Shown here: positions 9,813 through 20,200 of the stretch, in pieces
How the letters are laid out: each line of letters opens with the position of its first letter
Position numbering within the stretch: position 1 is the first letter of the stretch
DNA from: Thermoplasmata archaeon
GTDB lineage: Archaea; Thermoplasmatota; Thermoplasmata; RBG-16-68-12; JAFNFQ01
DNA length: 56,996 bases
Reading direction: 5' to 3'
Assembly (NCBI GenBank): GCA_041489255.1
Contig: JBGPQV010000020.1
Coordinates: 1 to 56,996, forward strand
Translations under genes and position numbers: made by a program
Notes under the pieces: model-generated
What the model was told of the DNA's origin: nothing
Seen by the model: the letters and a program-made list of their open reading frames with translations, nothing else
Databases searched by the model: none

Positions 9813-10250
9813 GCTATGCTGCAAAGAAGTGCTGAGAATCACTTCAACGGGATTCATGGAATTCGTGGGATTCCACTCTCTGAACCTATTCAGTCCATGT
9901 GATATCATTGACGGGGCACGACCTAACGTCCGGAGAATCCATCCGAGATAGGTACGGCAACCCGTGCCTTGACGACCTTCTCCCAAAGCAGGCTGAGAGG
10001 GCCCCGCGAGAGTGCCTCGATGCGCTGGAGTCGACGGAGGTCAAGTTGACCAAAGGCCTCCCGATTGTCATCGTAGCTTCTGCTCGACATTCTCCGTCCC
10101 TTGGGCGTTACATCTTCTGCGCCCTTAATACCGTGAATCCCCCACCAGAAATTTCTCAGAATTATAGAACTAACAGTTTCGACAGAGAATGAGCAGAGAT
10201 GAGACTGGACAACCCGCTTCAACTGAGTCCACTCACCTTGACTGGGATCA

Positions 10251-10499
10251 TCAAGGTTGCAGGTTCGACGCTCTCCTCTTCATGAGCTTCATCCAGCCGC
10301 CAGACTCGTAGATCCCGAGCTGCCTGCGCGTCAGAATCTTCTCGAACTCGGTCCAGTCGATCATCTCCAGCCTATCGTTCCTCCCGTTGGAGAATCTCAG
10401 GGTGCTGGTGCCTCTGACCCTGCTGGGCAAGAGGCCGCGGCTGACGGCTATGCGCTTCGCTTCCTCTAGATCGATTTCCCGCAGTTCCGGCATGCCCAT
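10251..10499 (-). CDS. Small conserved-looking hypothetical protein
   Basis: 82-aa ORF with native-looking codon usage and motif PSRVRGT..LRF...LEMIDWTEFEKIL. Confidence 0.7.
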   Translation of the reverse strand: MGMPELREIDLEEAKRIAVSRGLLPSRVRGTSTLRFSNGRNDRLEMIDWTEFEKILTRRQLGIYESGGWMKLMKRRASNLQP

Positions 10500-10708
10500 C
10501 CCTTCGCTGCGAACAGACGTCTGAAAGGGCTGTATGCCAAGAAGGGTATTTCTGTCTTTCGATTGTCAGACAAACTAGCAGTTCTCTGCCTATCTGGCTA
10601 GTGTCAGACGAAATGCCAGTTCCACTGGCAGTGGAGGGGCGTCCAGACCCTCCGGCCAGAAGCGAGGGAAGTCTTATTGTGCTGGATGGCCCATTCGTGC
10701 CCGATCCC

Positions 10709-11587
10709 ATGCCGTTCGAATTGGTCGTTTACCGCCCGCGCGGAAGGCCCCCGGTGACCGTGGACGAAATTGACAGAATCGTCGACCAGCTCCCTCACTT
10801 CACGAAGGAGGAGCTCGGCGGGAACCGCGTGCAGTGGCGGTACAGGAACCCCGAGACCGGGGTCCACTTCGGCATCAAGTACGACCCCGAGCAGAGGCAC
10901 CAGGCACAGTTCGAATGGAACGACTCGCCCATGAGCATCTCCATGGCCCTCGGCAGGCCGATGTTCTTCGGCCAGGAAGCGGCGCCGCTTATCGACATGA
11001 TACTGAAGAACCTGAACCTCGCGGTCCAGGACATCCAGAAGACCGCCCTCTACAGGCAGCCCGCCAAGCTGACGGCGGAGCAGATCAGGGAATCGTGGGA
11101 GAAGAGCAACGCGGAGGAGTCCAGCGCCATCCTCTCCGCCGACAAGAGGGTCACGAAGGCCACCCGCGACAAGATGGACTACTTCTGGGGCTTCACGAGC
11201 GCGAAGGCGAAGCTCCAGGAATCGTACGGGCCGGATGTCCTCGTCCCTTCCATAAACCTGCACCGCGGGAGGGAAAACACGGTCAGGACGTCGTGCATAT
11301 GGCCTGACACCGCGAAGGTCGCGCTGCCCGAGGTCGACTTCGTGCTCGTGCAGAGAGTGCAGAAGAGCCTGCTGTCGAAGACTACTGTCTCCGGTGTCGC
11401 CGTGTATGCCAGGATTGCTGAGATCCTGAAGCCCAGGAGCGAGGAGAAGACGGATCCGGTGAGGCACCTGTTCTTCAACCAGGCCCCCGACAAGGGGCTC
11501 CTGCGGTACCTCTCCGAGATGAAGCTCTACTCCATCAAGTCCTATCCGAAGGTGTCGCCGGACGAGATAGTCGAGATCGGCAAGTAG
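10709..11587 (+). CDS. Hypothetical protein (~292 aa)
   Basis: Long ORF with strong GC3 bias starting at ATG 10709 (MPFELVVYRP). The track's extension to 10601 runs through a palindrome-rich intergenic stretch. Confidence 0.75.
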   Translation: MPFELVVYRPRGRPPVTVDEIDRIVDQLPHFTKEELGGNRVQWRYRNPETGVHFGIKYDPEQRHQAQFEWNDSPMSISMALGRPMFFGQEAAPLIDMILKNLNLAVQDIQKTALYRQPAKLTAEQIRESWEKSNAEESSAILSADKRVTKATRDKMDYFWGFTSAKAKLQESYGPDVLVPSINLHRGRENTVRTSCIWPDTAKVALPEVDFVLVQRVQKSLLSKTTVSGVAVYARIAEILKPRSEEKTDPVRHLFFNQAPDKGLLRYLSEMKLYSIKSYPKVSPDEIVEIGK

Positions 11588-11590
11588 AGC

Positions 11591-11983
11591 TCACCGGCGT
11601 CTCGACGACGGTTTGCCCCGCTTCAACGACGAAAGGTAGGATATCCTTAGGAGTCTCAGGGCTGCCGCCGCACCTCCGTTCCCATCGACCATGAACTTCG
11701 ACTTGAACCAGCCCCAGCCTTGGCTCGGCGGCGCTCTGTCGATCATTCGGCTGAACCCGAGCTCGCGAGGCGGCGGGAGGATGAAGACCTCAATCCTCTC
11801 CTTGCTCGGGCGCAGTTCCGCGAACACTCGCCCGCCATTCTTGCTCTTCAAGGAGATCCACTGCGACATCACCCGCACGACGATGTCATCATTTCTGGAG
11901 GATGCGAACTCTCTCAACTCGTCGAGCAATCTCCTGAGGCACGCCCTTGTCTCAAGTCCCGCACGAGTCATCGCGTTGGCCAA
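11591..11983 (-). CDS. DUF5655-like small protein
   Basis: WISLK...VFAELRPSKERIEVFI...GWG pattern; starts 1 nt after the methyltransferase stop. Confidence 0.55.
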   Translation of the reverse strand: MANAMTRAGLETRACLRRLLDELREFASSRNDDIVVRVMSQWISLKSKNGGRVFAELRPSKERIEVFILPPPRELGFSRMIDRAPPSQGWGWFKSKFMVDGNGGAAAALRLLRISYLSSLKRGKPSSRRR

Positions 11984-11984
11984 G

Positions 11985-12731
11985 CTAGCCCTCCACCGCC
12001 ATCTTCCTCATGATGAAGAGGTACTTGAAGCCCCGAAGGAAGAAATTCCGCTCTCTCGCCTTATGCTCCCACATCGGATTGGATCCGCTGTCGTGGTGTC
12101 TCACCAACACCACGGTGTCCACAGGCTCGAAGAGTCCCGCCAAGATGCCGTAGAGCCTGAAGCCGACAGGCGTGTAGCACCTGCGCCTGTACTCGTCGGA
12201 GATTACCCAGGCGGCATGCTTCCCTGGCTTCAGAGTCCTGTGGATTTCTGTGGCGACCTTCGCGATTTCCTCGAAGAAGCGTTCCGTGTTGGCGGGGATC
12301 TTGCCGATGCACCGCCCGTCGCCGGAGTAACGAATGTTGTCGGAATATGGCGAATCGACGAAATGGAAGTCAACGCTGTCGTCTTCGAACGGGAGATGGC
12401 GGGCGTCGTTCCTGACGATGTCCGGCCTGGATGGGTTCAGGTCGAGCCCGATGACCCGCCGCCCGAGCGCTCTCGCCACGTCAATAGTCGTGCCGCTTCC
12501 CGCCATGCAATCCACCACGAGATCCCCGGGCCGGGTGTACCTCTTCAGGAGATTCCACACCGCCATGGCGGGAGTGCATCCCTTGTACCTGTTGCTACCG
12601 AAGACCGACCCATCGGGGCTCTGATATGGGAAGTCCCAACACGTCGACGCTTCAATACTGGTGCACCATGAGGGCTTATCGATTTCCCCCGCCAAAATCA
12701 TGCGATTGAGCTGCTGAGACAAGCCGACCAC
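11985..12731 (-). CDS. SAM-dependent amino-methyltransferase (N4/N6 DNA methylase or Trm11-like family)
   Basis: YTRPGDLVVDCMAGSGTT SAM-binding motif, GLDLNP, NDARHLP and motif IV variant DSPY. Start may be ATG 12701. Confidence 0.8.
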   Translation of the reverse strand: MVGLSQQLNRMILAGEIDKPSWCTSIEASTCWDFPYQSPDGSVFGSNRYKGCTPAMAVWNLLKRYTRPGDLVVDCMAGSGTTIDVARALGRRVIGLDLNPSRPDIVRNDARHLPFEDDSVDFHFVDSPYSDNIRYSGDGRCIGKIPANTERFFEEIAKVATEIHRTLKPGKHAAWVISDEYRRRCYTPVGFRLYGILAGLFEPVDTVVLVRHHDSGSNPMWEHKARERNFFLRGFKYLFIMRKMAVEG

Positions 12732-12810
12732 CCGGTGGAATCCTGACTCTCGACTGGCGGTTCGACCTTTAATCGTGTGGCGGGAGTGTAGCGAGTCTGG
12801 CGGCTACACC

Positions 12811-13566
12811 TTAAACGAGTTCTGGCGGGACTCTGTCCGGTCTGTGGGCGGTTGCGGCGACCAACCCTTTCTCCTTCAGGCGTTTCACGACGTGCGGGTA
12901 GAGGATGAGCTCCTCGACCTCGATGTTGTCGACGGTGTCCTGACTGATCTGACCGAGACGTTCTCGGAGTCTCGCGAGATTCTCTTCGGACGAGAACGAT
13001 GTCATCACGGCGGCGTGAAAGATCGCTCCCGCCTCATTGAGATTCTCCAGCGCCTTGATCTGCAGCTCGAATCCCTCCGGCTTGGCACCGGTGAGCATCG
13101 AGAACTCCCCCTCGCTCGCTCCCTTCAGAGAGACGCGGACACTCGACCTCCTGAAACCCGCGAGGGCCGCCGCATAGTCTGGATCACCGCCAATCAGGAT
13201 GCCGTTTGTTTCCAAGATAAAGGTGTGCGGCGACTTGTCGACCAACTTCAACAGCGACAGCAGATGCTCCCGCCCGATCGTCGGCTCCTGGCCGCTCAGT
13301 CTCAGCTGGCGGTACCCCTTGGATTTGGCGATGCGGTCCAATCTGGAGAAGCTCTGCTCTGCACTGCAGAATTCTCCCGCCTTCGAAGGCTGCAGCCTGA
13401 TCTCGTCCCTCGCCCAGCAGAAATGGCAGAAGAGGTTGCACCCGACCACGTCGCCCGTGGCGATGCCGCCATACCACCGTGCACCCCTGAACCTGTGATA
13501 ACGCCTCTCCTCGCCTCTCGCGACGACCTTCTCGAGCGCTTGACCGAGACGTAGTGCATCGTACAA
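12811..13566 (-). CDS. Radical SAM protein (archaeal COG5014-like Fe-S oxidoreductase)
   Basis: GCNLFCHFCW (CxxxCxxC), LSGQEPT, FILETNG and FRGARWYGGIATGD. Confidence 0.85.
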   Translation of the reverse strand: MYDALRLGQALEKVVARGEERRYHRFRGARWYGGIATGDVVGCNLFCHFCWARDEIRLQPSKAGEFCSAEQSFSRLDRIAKSKGYRQLRLSGQEPTIGREHLLSLLKLVDKSPHTFILETNGILIGGDPDYAAALAGFRRSSVRVSLKGASEGEFSMLTGAKPEGFELQIKALENLNEAGAIFHAAVMTSFSSEENLARLRERLGQISQDTVDNIEVEELILYPHVVKRLKEKGLVAATAHRPDRVPPELV

Positions 13567-13616
13567 GCATCTCAGCCATGCTCAATCGGCGAGAATAATC
13601 TTGCGCGCCCGATCGC

Positions 13617-16064
13617 TCAGAAGAAGTCCTCGATCTTCAGCGACTTGTCAGTCCTCTTCACCTGCGGCTTCTCCTTCTTGCTCGCCCCGTTGAATTCCTC
13701 GTGGAAGAGCACCTCTTGCTTCGCGGCCTGCTTGCCGGTGAGCAGAGCCTTCTCGTCCCAACCATAGACCTCTGTGACATATGACAGGGTCTGCGCCAAC
13801 CGCCGCGCGTAGTATTCCCAGTCCGGCTTGATGGTGAACTGGATCCCGCTCACGTAGGGTTCGACCTGCTGCGGGCTCGACTTGCCGTCGGTCACGATCC
13901 ACGACACCTTCATCCCCGACACGACCTCCTGCCCCATCTTCCTGAGCTTCTGCGCCGCCTGCACGTTGCTCATCGACTCGGGGCGGTCGTACTCGTTCTC
14001 CTCCTTCACCGACCTGGATATCACCAGTATCTCGATGTCCTGGGCATCCTGCGGGACGAATTCCTTCGGGATGACGCCGGACTTCAATCGAGACACGAGA
14101 TCCTTGGCCAGCTCGATTGCCCCGTTGGTGTCCCCGTTCAGGAGAAGCTCGAACAGCTTCATCTGCGAAGCCGACTGCAGCTCGAACGCGTCGGTCCGCC
14201 TGATCTCGTAGCCGCGCACGATCAGGTCCTCGTAGGGCCAGACGACCTTGCCGGCGTACCTCTTCTTCTTGCCGTGAGAGAAGAACGACCGCATGACCTT
14301 CTCGAAGTCCATGCTGATCGTGCCGTGACTGAACCTCTCGGCGATCTTTTTCGCGTGCTCGCAGGTCTGATCGAGGTTCTGGTAAGGCGACTGGTAGAAA
14401 ATCGAGTCCGTGTCAGCGTAGAGGACCTTCACTCCCTCGCTCTCCAGCTGCTGTATGATGCTCGTGATATTCTGGCGGGCGAATGCGGTGATGCTCCCGC
14501 CGATCTCTGGGTTGGTGAACCTGTAAAACGAGGACGCCAAGACGCCGTAGAAGGCGTTCATCAGGACCTTGATCGCGTCCTGGAGGCGGCGGTAGTACTC
14601 CTTCTTCTCCGGATCCTTCTCCTCCCGCATCTTCTTCTTGGTCGCATCCCGCTCCTTCATCAAGTTCTTGAGGATGCGTGGAAGCAGACCCGCCCTGACG
14701 TCCTTGCTCACGAACCTGACACCTGTGGGGCTCACGATCGTGCCGTCGGGGTCGAGGGTCGTGAAGCAGATGTTGTTCTCGATGATGATGGACGGATACA
14801 TGCTCTTGAAATCCAGCGTCACCACCCATTCGAACAACCCCGGACTGAGCGTGTGCACGTAGCCGCCCTCGATGCCCTCCCTCGTGCGGCCTACCCGGGT
14901 CATCGGCACGCCTATATGCTCGCGGTCTGCCTCGCGTATCAGGATCGAGTCGATCAGCGTCGATGTCCTGCTGTTGAAGGCGTCGTCAAGCGCGAGCATC
15001 GAAACCGTCGCCAGCTCCATCGACTTGTCGAGCCTTGCGAGCTTCTCCAATATCCTCAATGCCAGCTCCGCGTCCTTCTTGCAATACTCCATCACTTTTT
15101 CCTTGTCTTTGACCCACTCCTCGTCCATCATTGTCCGGTCGACTTCGTGCTTCCCTTCGCCGAGCAGCTGGCGGGCGACGTAGTCCAGCGTCTCCTGCTT
15201 GGGCTTCAGCTCCATCTTCACGCTCCACCAGGCGTCGGCGATTATTCTGCCGTGGCACCGCCAGAACCTGTCCCCGAAGCTGCTCGCCACCCCGCCATCG
15301 CGCGCCAGAGACAGCGACCTCATGCCGAGCTTCTCCGCGCGTTCCAGCAGGAGAGGGAGATCGTACCCGTCGATGTTGTACCCGCTGATGACGTCCGGAT
15401 CCTCCATCTGGACCAGCTCGACGAACCTCTGGATGATCTTCTTCTCGTCGCCGGAAAAGCAGTCGGTGACTATCTTCCCCTCCTTGCGCAGCGCGTAACC
15501 GAGGCAGAGGATGTGCGGGTCCTTGAGGGTGTTCTCCAGGTCGAAGCTGAGGATCTTCAGTGGCGGGGCGAAGGGCTCGCAAGGCTCGAACTTCTCCCCT
15601 TCGACTTTCAATTCGGTGGTGTACCGCTTCCCCTCGATCTCCTTTCCGTGGACCGTGAAGCACGCCTGGATGTCCATGTCGAACATGAAACGCAGGGGGA
15701 ACGGGATGTCCGCCGCCAGGACCTCCGACCCTTGCCTCCTGCACCTTTCCCTGTAGTCCGGCGTGACCCACGGATGGTGGAGGATGACCTTGCCGCACTT
15801 CCTCTTCTCGAGCTTGAAGTCCTTCTCCCGCCCAACTTCGAGTTCGACCATCTGGACATCGATGACCTCTTTGTCCCTCTTCAGGGAGCTGACGAGCGTG
15901 TCGGTCGGCTCGATGCAGTAGAAATACGGCTGGAACTCCCAGAATTCTATTGCGATGCTTTTACCTTCGCGCGTCCGACCGAAGAACTCGATGACCGGCT
16001 CTTCCTGCGGCCCCTCTCTCCTGTAGGATGCAGTGAGCAGCCGCACGTCCCACTTCCCCGCCAT
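13617..16064 (-). CDS. polB: Family B DNA polymerase
   Basis: Exonuclease motifs SFDLE and GYNIDGYD; polymerase motifs LDFKSMYPSII, KVLMNAFYG, YADTDS, KKRY; C-terminal PIP-box-like SLKIEDFF. Confidence 0.97.
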   Translation of the reverse strand: MAGKWDVRLLTASYRREGPQEEPVIEFFGRTREGKSIAIEFWEFQPYFYCIEPTDTLVSSLKRDKEVIDVQMVELEVGREKDFKLEKRKCGKVILHHPWVTPDYRERCRRQGSEVLAADIPFPLRFMFDMDIQACFTVHGKEIEGKRYTTELKVEGEKFEPCEPFAPPLKILSFDLENTLKDPHILCLGYALRKEGKIVTDCFSGDEKKIIQRFVELVQMEDPDVISGYNIDGYDLPLLLERAEKLGMRSLSLARDGGVASSFGDRFWRCHGRIIADAWWSVKMELKPKQETLDYVARQLLGEGKHEVDRTMMDEEWVKDKEKVMEYCKKDAELALRILEKLARLDKSMELATVSMLALDDAFNSRTSTLIDSILIREADREHIGVPMTRVGRTREGIEGGYVHTLSPGLFEWVVTLDFKSMYPSIIIENNICFTTLDPDGTIVSPTGVRFVSKDVRAGLLPRILKNLMKERDATKKKMREEKDPEKKEYYRRLQDAIKVLMNAFYGVLASSFYRFTNPEIGGSITAFARQNITSIIQQLESEGVKVLYADTDSIFYQSPYQNLDQTCEHAKKIAERFSHGTISMDFEKVMRSFFSHGKKKRYAGKVVWPYEDLIVRGYEIRRTDAFELQSASQMKLFELLLNGDTNGAIELAKDLVSRLKSGVIPKEFVPQDAQDIEILVISRSVKEENEYDRPESMSNVQAAQKLRKMGQEVVSGMKVSWIVTDGKSSPQQVEPYVSGIQFTIKPDWEYYARRLAQTLSYVTEVYGWDEKALLTGKQAAKQEVLFHEEFNGASKKEKPQVKRTDKSLKIEDFF

Positions 16065-16065
16065 C

Positions 16066-17256
16066 TCAAGCCCTCGCGATTATCTTCAGGACGTCGTTGT
16101 CCTTGACTTCGTAGTCGTGGCCAACGACCATCTTCGTCCTCGCGTTGATGGCCCTGATGAAGTTTTTCCCCAGGTCTGTGTGCACCTTGAACGCCATGTC
16201 CTTGGCGGTGCTGCCGCGCGGGATCAGGTACGCGTCAGGGAGGACGTTACCCTTCTTGTCGGTCCAGTGCGTCTCGTCCTCGACCGGGTAGACCACTATC
16301 AGGTTGAGCAGCTTCCTCACCGTCTCCTCGACGCACTGCTGCACGCCCGTGCTGCCGCCCTGCTTCATCAGCTCGGATATCTTGTCGAGCGCCTTCGTCT
16401 GCCCCGCCGACAGCTTCGAGCGGTCCTTGACATTGAACTCCGAGGCCCCGGGGATGTAGTCGATTATCCCCGCCTTCGCTGCCTTGCGCAGCGCCAGCTC
16501 GAACTCAGCGCTCGTAGGCACGACGATGCGGCCCTCCAGCGCCTTGAGCGCATCGATGTTCTCCTTCGGCGCCACGTCCCACTTGTTCGCGGCGATAACC
16601 ATCGGCTTCCCGCGCAGCTGCAGTTTGTGACCGAGGCGCAGCGTGTCCTCCTTAGTCCACTTCGTCGGCTTCACATCCATATAAGAATCGCGGATCGCGA
16701 GGTGTATCTGCGTCTCGGTGAAGCCGAGCCCCGTGAGCTTCTCGTGGAGCGCCTTCTCGATCGCCACCTCCTCGAGCTCCGCCTTCCTCGCCACCTTCTC
16801 CCAGCCCCGCTGGATTATCCCGGAGATCCAGTGCGCCAGCTCGTCCTCGAGGAAATTGACGTCGTCGACGGGATTGTGCGAGCCCGGCGGGCAGACGTTC
16901 CCCTCAAAATCGGTACCGCCTGATGCGTCGACTATGTGTATCAACGCGCTTGCCTGCCTCAGGTCGTCCAGGAATTGGTTGCCCAGGCCTCGCCCCTCAT
17001 GCGCTTTTGGAACCAAACCCGCCACGTCGAGCATGTCAACGGGCACCAGCCTGACGCCGTTGTCGCACAGTGCGTTGTTGGGATTGCACGGCTTCCCGAT
17101 GTCGACATGCGGGCAGGCCGCGCGGATGTAGGCCACGCCCCTGTTCGGCTCCACGGTCGTGAAAGGGTAGTTCGCTATCTCGGCGGGAGCGAGTGTTGCG
17201 GCGGAGAAGAACGTGCTCTTCCCGACATTCGGCTTGCCGACGATGCCGACTTCCAC
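16066..17256 (-). CDS. ychF: Redox-regulated ATPase/GTPase YchF (Obg family)
   Basis: GKPNVGKS, NYPFTT, DVAGLV, GLGNQFL, NKWD and C-terminal TGS domain. Start trimmed to GTG 17256 (396 aa). Confidence 0.95.
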   Translation of the reverse strand: MEVGIVGKPNVGKSTFFSAATLAPAEIANYPFTTVEPNRGVAYIRAACPHVDIGKPCNPNNALCDNGVRLVPVDMLDVAGLVPKAHEGRGLGNQFLDDLRQASALIHIVDASGGTDFEGNVCPPGSHNPVDDVNFLEDELAHWISGIIQRGWEKVARKAELEEVAIEKALHEKLTGLGFTETQIHLAIRDSYMDVKPTKWTKEDTLRLGHKLQLRGKPMVIAANKWDVAPKENIDALKALEGRIVVPTSAEFELALRKAAKAGIIDYIPGASEFNVKDRSKLSAGQTKALDKISELMKQGGSTGVQQCVEETVRKLLNLIVVYPVEDETHWTDKKGNVLPDAYLIPRGSTAKDMAFKVHTDLGKNFIRAINARTKMVVGHDYEVKDNDVLKIIARA

Positions 17257-17263
17257 GGCGGAC

Positions 17264-20200
17264 TCAATGCTCTCTGGGCTTATTGTTTTTGCCGGGCCGG
17301 CGACGCTGCAGGATGACCAGTATGGCTGGGATGAGAACCAGCAGAGGGATGACATCCTGGAATTCTGGGATTTGTAGGTCCTTGAAGGTGGACGGGTCGT
17401 TCAGATTGTTCGAGCCCCAGTAGTACTCCGCACTTGGTGGCTCGTCATCGTGCGCGTGAATCGCAAGGCCGGCCTGTTGATTCGGACCAGGATTCGACAT
17501 GTTCCAAACTTCAGGGAAAGGAATCGCGAACTCATATGTGATGTAGCCACCACTGTCGGTGTCCAAGATCCCGTTCGCCTCCCACGCATACGGCGATACG
17601 TAGGAGGAATTCCATCCAGTGCCGTTCCCGTTGTAGGAGCTATTGATTGTCGAACCGTCAGGGTCGGTCGCGTTGAACTTCTTGTCCCATTGGTCCGGCG
17701 CGGGCTCGTTGCCATCATCTGTATCAAAGGCCAGCTCCGCGTAGTCTCCAACGTTGTAGACCGTGTCGCTTTTCACGCGGATGCACATGAACAGATAGGT
17801 TCCGTTCTGCATCGCGTAGACCATCATGTCGCCCGTATCGTTCGAATCAGCGTCCTGCCACTCGGTTGAAATCCAGTCGCCATTAATTGTCGGAGCAGAA
17901 GAAGTCGGCTTGGCGTAGAGGAGTGAGTCGCTACCCATCACTATGACGTAGGTCCCTCGCGTGCGCGATTCCGCCCCGCCTCTTGTCCCGGATGCGACCG
18001 TCTCGTCGCCGATGTTCCGCCAGTTCCTGGTCTGGATTACGTAGGATGCATTGGCCAGGTCAAGACCATTGATGCTCGCGGACATCTCCACCTGATTCGT
18101 CATGATCGCAATCTTCGGGGCCCCCTGGAAAATCACCCACCTTCCCTGCCATTGATACGTCGAGATCGAATGGATGAAACCGAACTGCCCCTTCGCCTCT
18201 ATCATGTAATCAGCGAGGATTCCGCCGATGGGGAAACCGTCCTGGATGGACGAGTTGGACTCCATGAAAACCCGGGCAATGCTCTCCCCGGTCAACCCAT
18301 GTGGCGGGGGCGAACTCCCGCCACCCGTGCTTGGCGAGGAGAAGACCCTCTGCTGATGTTTGGGAGTGAGGCTCCCCTCGAAGGAATCCGTGACCGTCCG
18401 GAAGTAGAAGAACGCGGTCTCGCCTGAGGCATTTGCAGCGTACGCCTCGATGTCCACTTCAGTATCGACCATGGGCGGTCCAATGGAATCGGCGTGGGGC
18501 GACGGCCAATCACCGAAGAGCCCGTCGACCCTTTTCCCGGTTGGCGGGGAGAGGACATAGGCCCTCGCACCGCTGCCCACTATCGTTACAGGTCGGTCCG
18601 CCGTGACGGATGTGAGCGACGCCCAAGCGACCTCGCCTGTCGCGATCACTGAAGCGTCCAACGTCAAGGTGATGGTCCTCTGATTTCCCTCGGACACAGT
18701 CATCGAACCCGCAATCCCGTTGACCTGCGTGCCAGGTGTGTGCGAGATGACGATGTCGCCGGCATCAAGTGTCAATGCCGGCCCAATCACCTCGAACGTC
18801 AGCTCTAGGAAATCGACTGATCCGGTCGACAGCACTTGGGTGAGCCCCCGCTGGGTCACCTTCAGGAAGCCATAGTCGAGCCCGATCGCCACTGCGCTCT
18901 GACTCACCCCTCCTTCTTGATCATCGACGACGAATCTGGCCAATACCCTGCCGGGATCCGGCAGCGACATCGCCGCTGTCTGCAACTCCCCCTCGATCCT
19001 GTCACCGGAGACGGCGATATATGCCGCTGCAAAGCTGGACCATCCGTTCCAGTCCGACCGGTCCTGCCCGTTGAACGCCTGCAGCGAGGCCCCCGAAACG
19101 GATGAATTGAAGCCGTCCACAATCACCATGTATTCAGCACCGAGCGTGCCGCACGAGTAGCCTGTCGAGTTGTCAGCGTCCACGTCGAGGAATATGTAGA
19201 AGGAGTCGTAGCCCTGAGCATCGCCGAAAAGTGTCCCCTCGACCCGCGCCATGAAGAAGAGCGACTGACCCTCGAGTTTCAACGCGTATGAAACCATGTT
19301 GGTGTCGGGGTTGCCGGAGACGGTCGCCTCGTGGTAGGTGCCGACCGGCTGCCAGTCCCCGAAGCTCCCATCGATCTGGATCGACCTGCCAGGTTGGACT
19401 CGGAGCTGGAGTGAGCTGTTGACGATGAGGAATATCGCCAGGAGGAAGGCGGCAACAGCCGTATACCTGTGGACCGTATTGCCCCTCGGCAGAGCCACTT
19501 CAGATATCGTGCCACCATTGACGAAACCGTTGCCGTTGATCAGGCCGTTGACCCTTCCCCCGCCATTCACCAAGCCATAACCCGTTAGAAGAGGCCTTCG
19601 ACCCGATATGATAGAGCCACGCGAGGTTCTTGCCGTATTCGTCATCTTTGCCAGTTCTATCTTCTGTGGGGATTCCGCGATGACAAACTCGGGCACCTCT
19701 CGCGGCTGTGATTCTTGCTGCTCTGCCGGAACCTCCTTCGCTGGCGAGGCCTGAGCCGTCACCGGCGGTTCCTTCCAAAGGATCTCCCCTTGTTTCTCTA
19801 CAATCACCTTCAGCTCCTCGAGGGATTCGAGGCTGCTGACCTCCCCGGTCTTCTCCACGCTGATGCCTGAGGGCTTCTCTTGCGGAATCTCAGGAGGCTT
19901 GACGATAACAATCTCCGCGATCGGTGCGACCTCTTCTGGCGGTTTCGATTCAGCGACAGGTATCTCCGCCGGTCTCGGGGGGAGTTGCGGCGGTGGTTCG
20001 GTGCCCACTCCCGCAGGTCTTTCCTCTTTCTCCATGACGGGGATGGGCTTCGTCTGACGCTTGAGTCTCTCCTCGAAATCTCGGAACTTGGGATTTTCGG
20101 GATCCAGTTTTTTGGCTTTCCTGACTGCCTTCATCGCCGCGTCCACACGCTCAGCCGCGCTTAGTGCGAGACCGAGCGCGTACCAGAGCTGGGCGTCGTC

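Noticed and set aside
9886-10222. Short overlapping ORFs of 61-99 aa
   Set aside because: No recognisable motif and conflicting strands. A ~55-aa minus-strand ORF (MSSRSYDD...) is possible but unsupported.
12811-13566. Calling the radical SAM protein MoaA to complete the Moco operon
   Set aside because: It lacks the second C-terminal Fe-S cysteine motif and the GG terminus of MoaA.
14274-16923. Long plus-strand ORFs (610 aa and 296 aa)
   Set aside because: Antisense to polB and ychF; typical of high-GC3 coding DNA.
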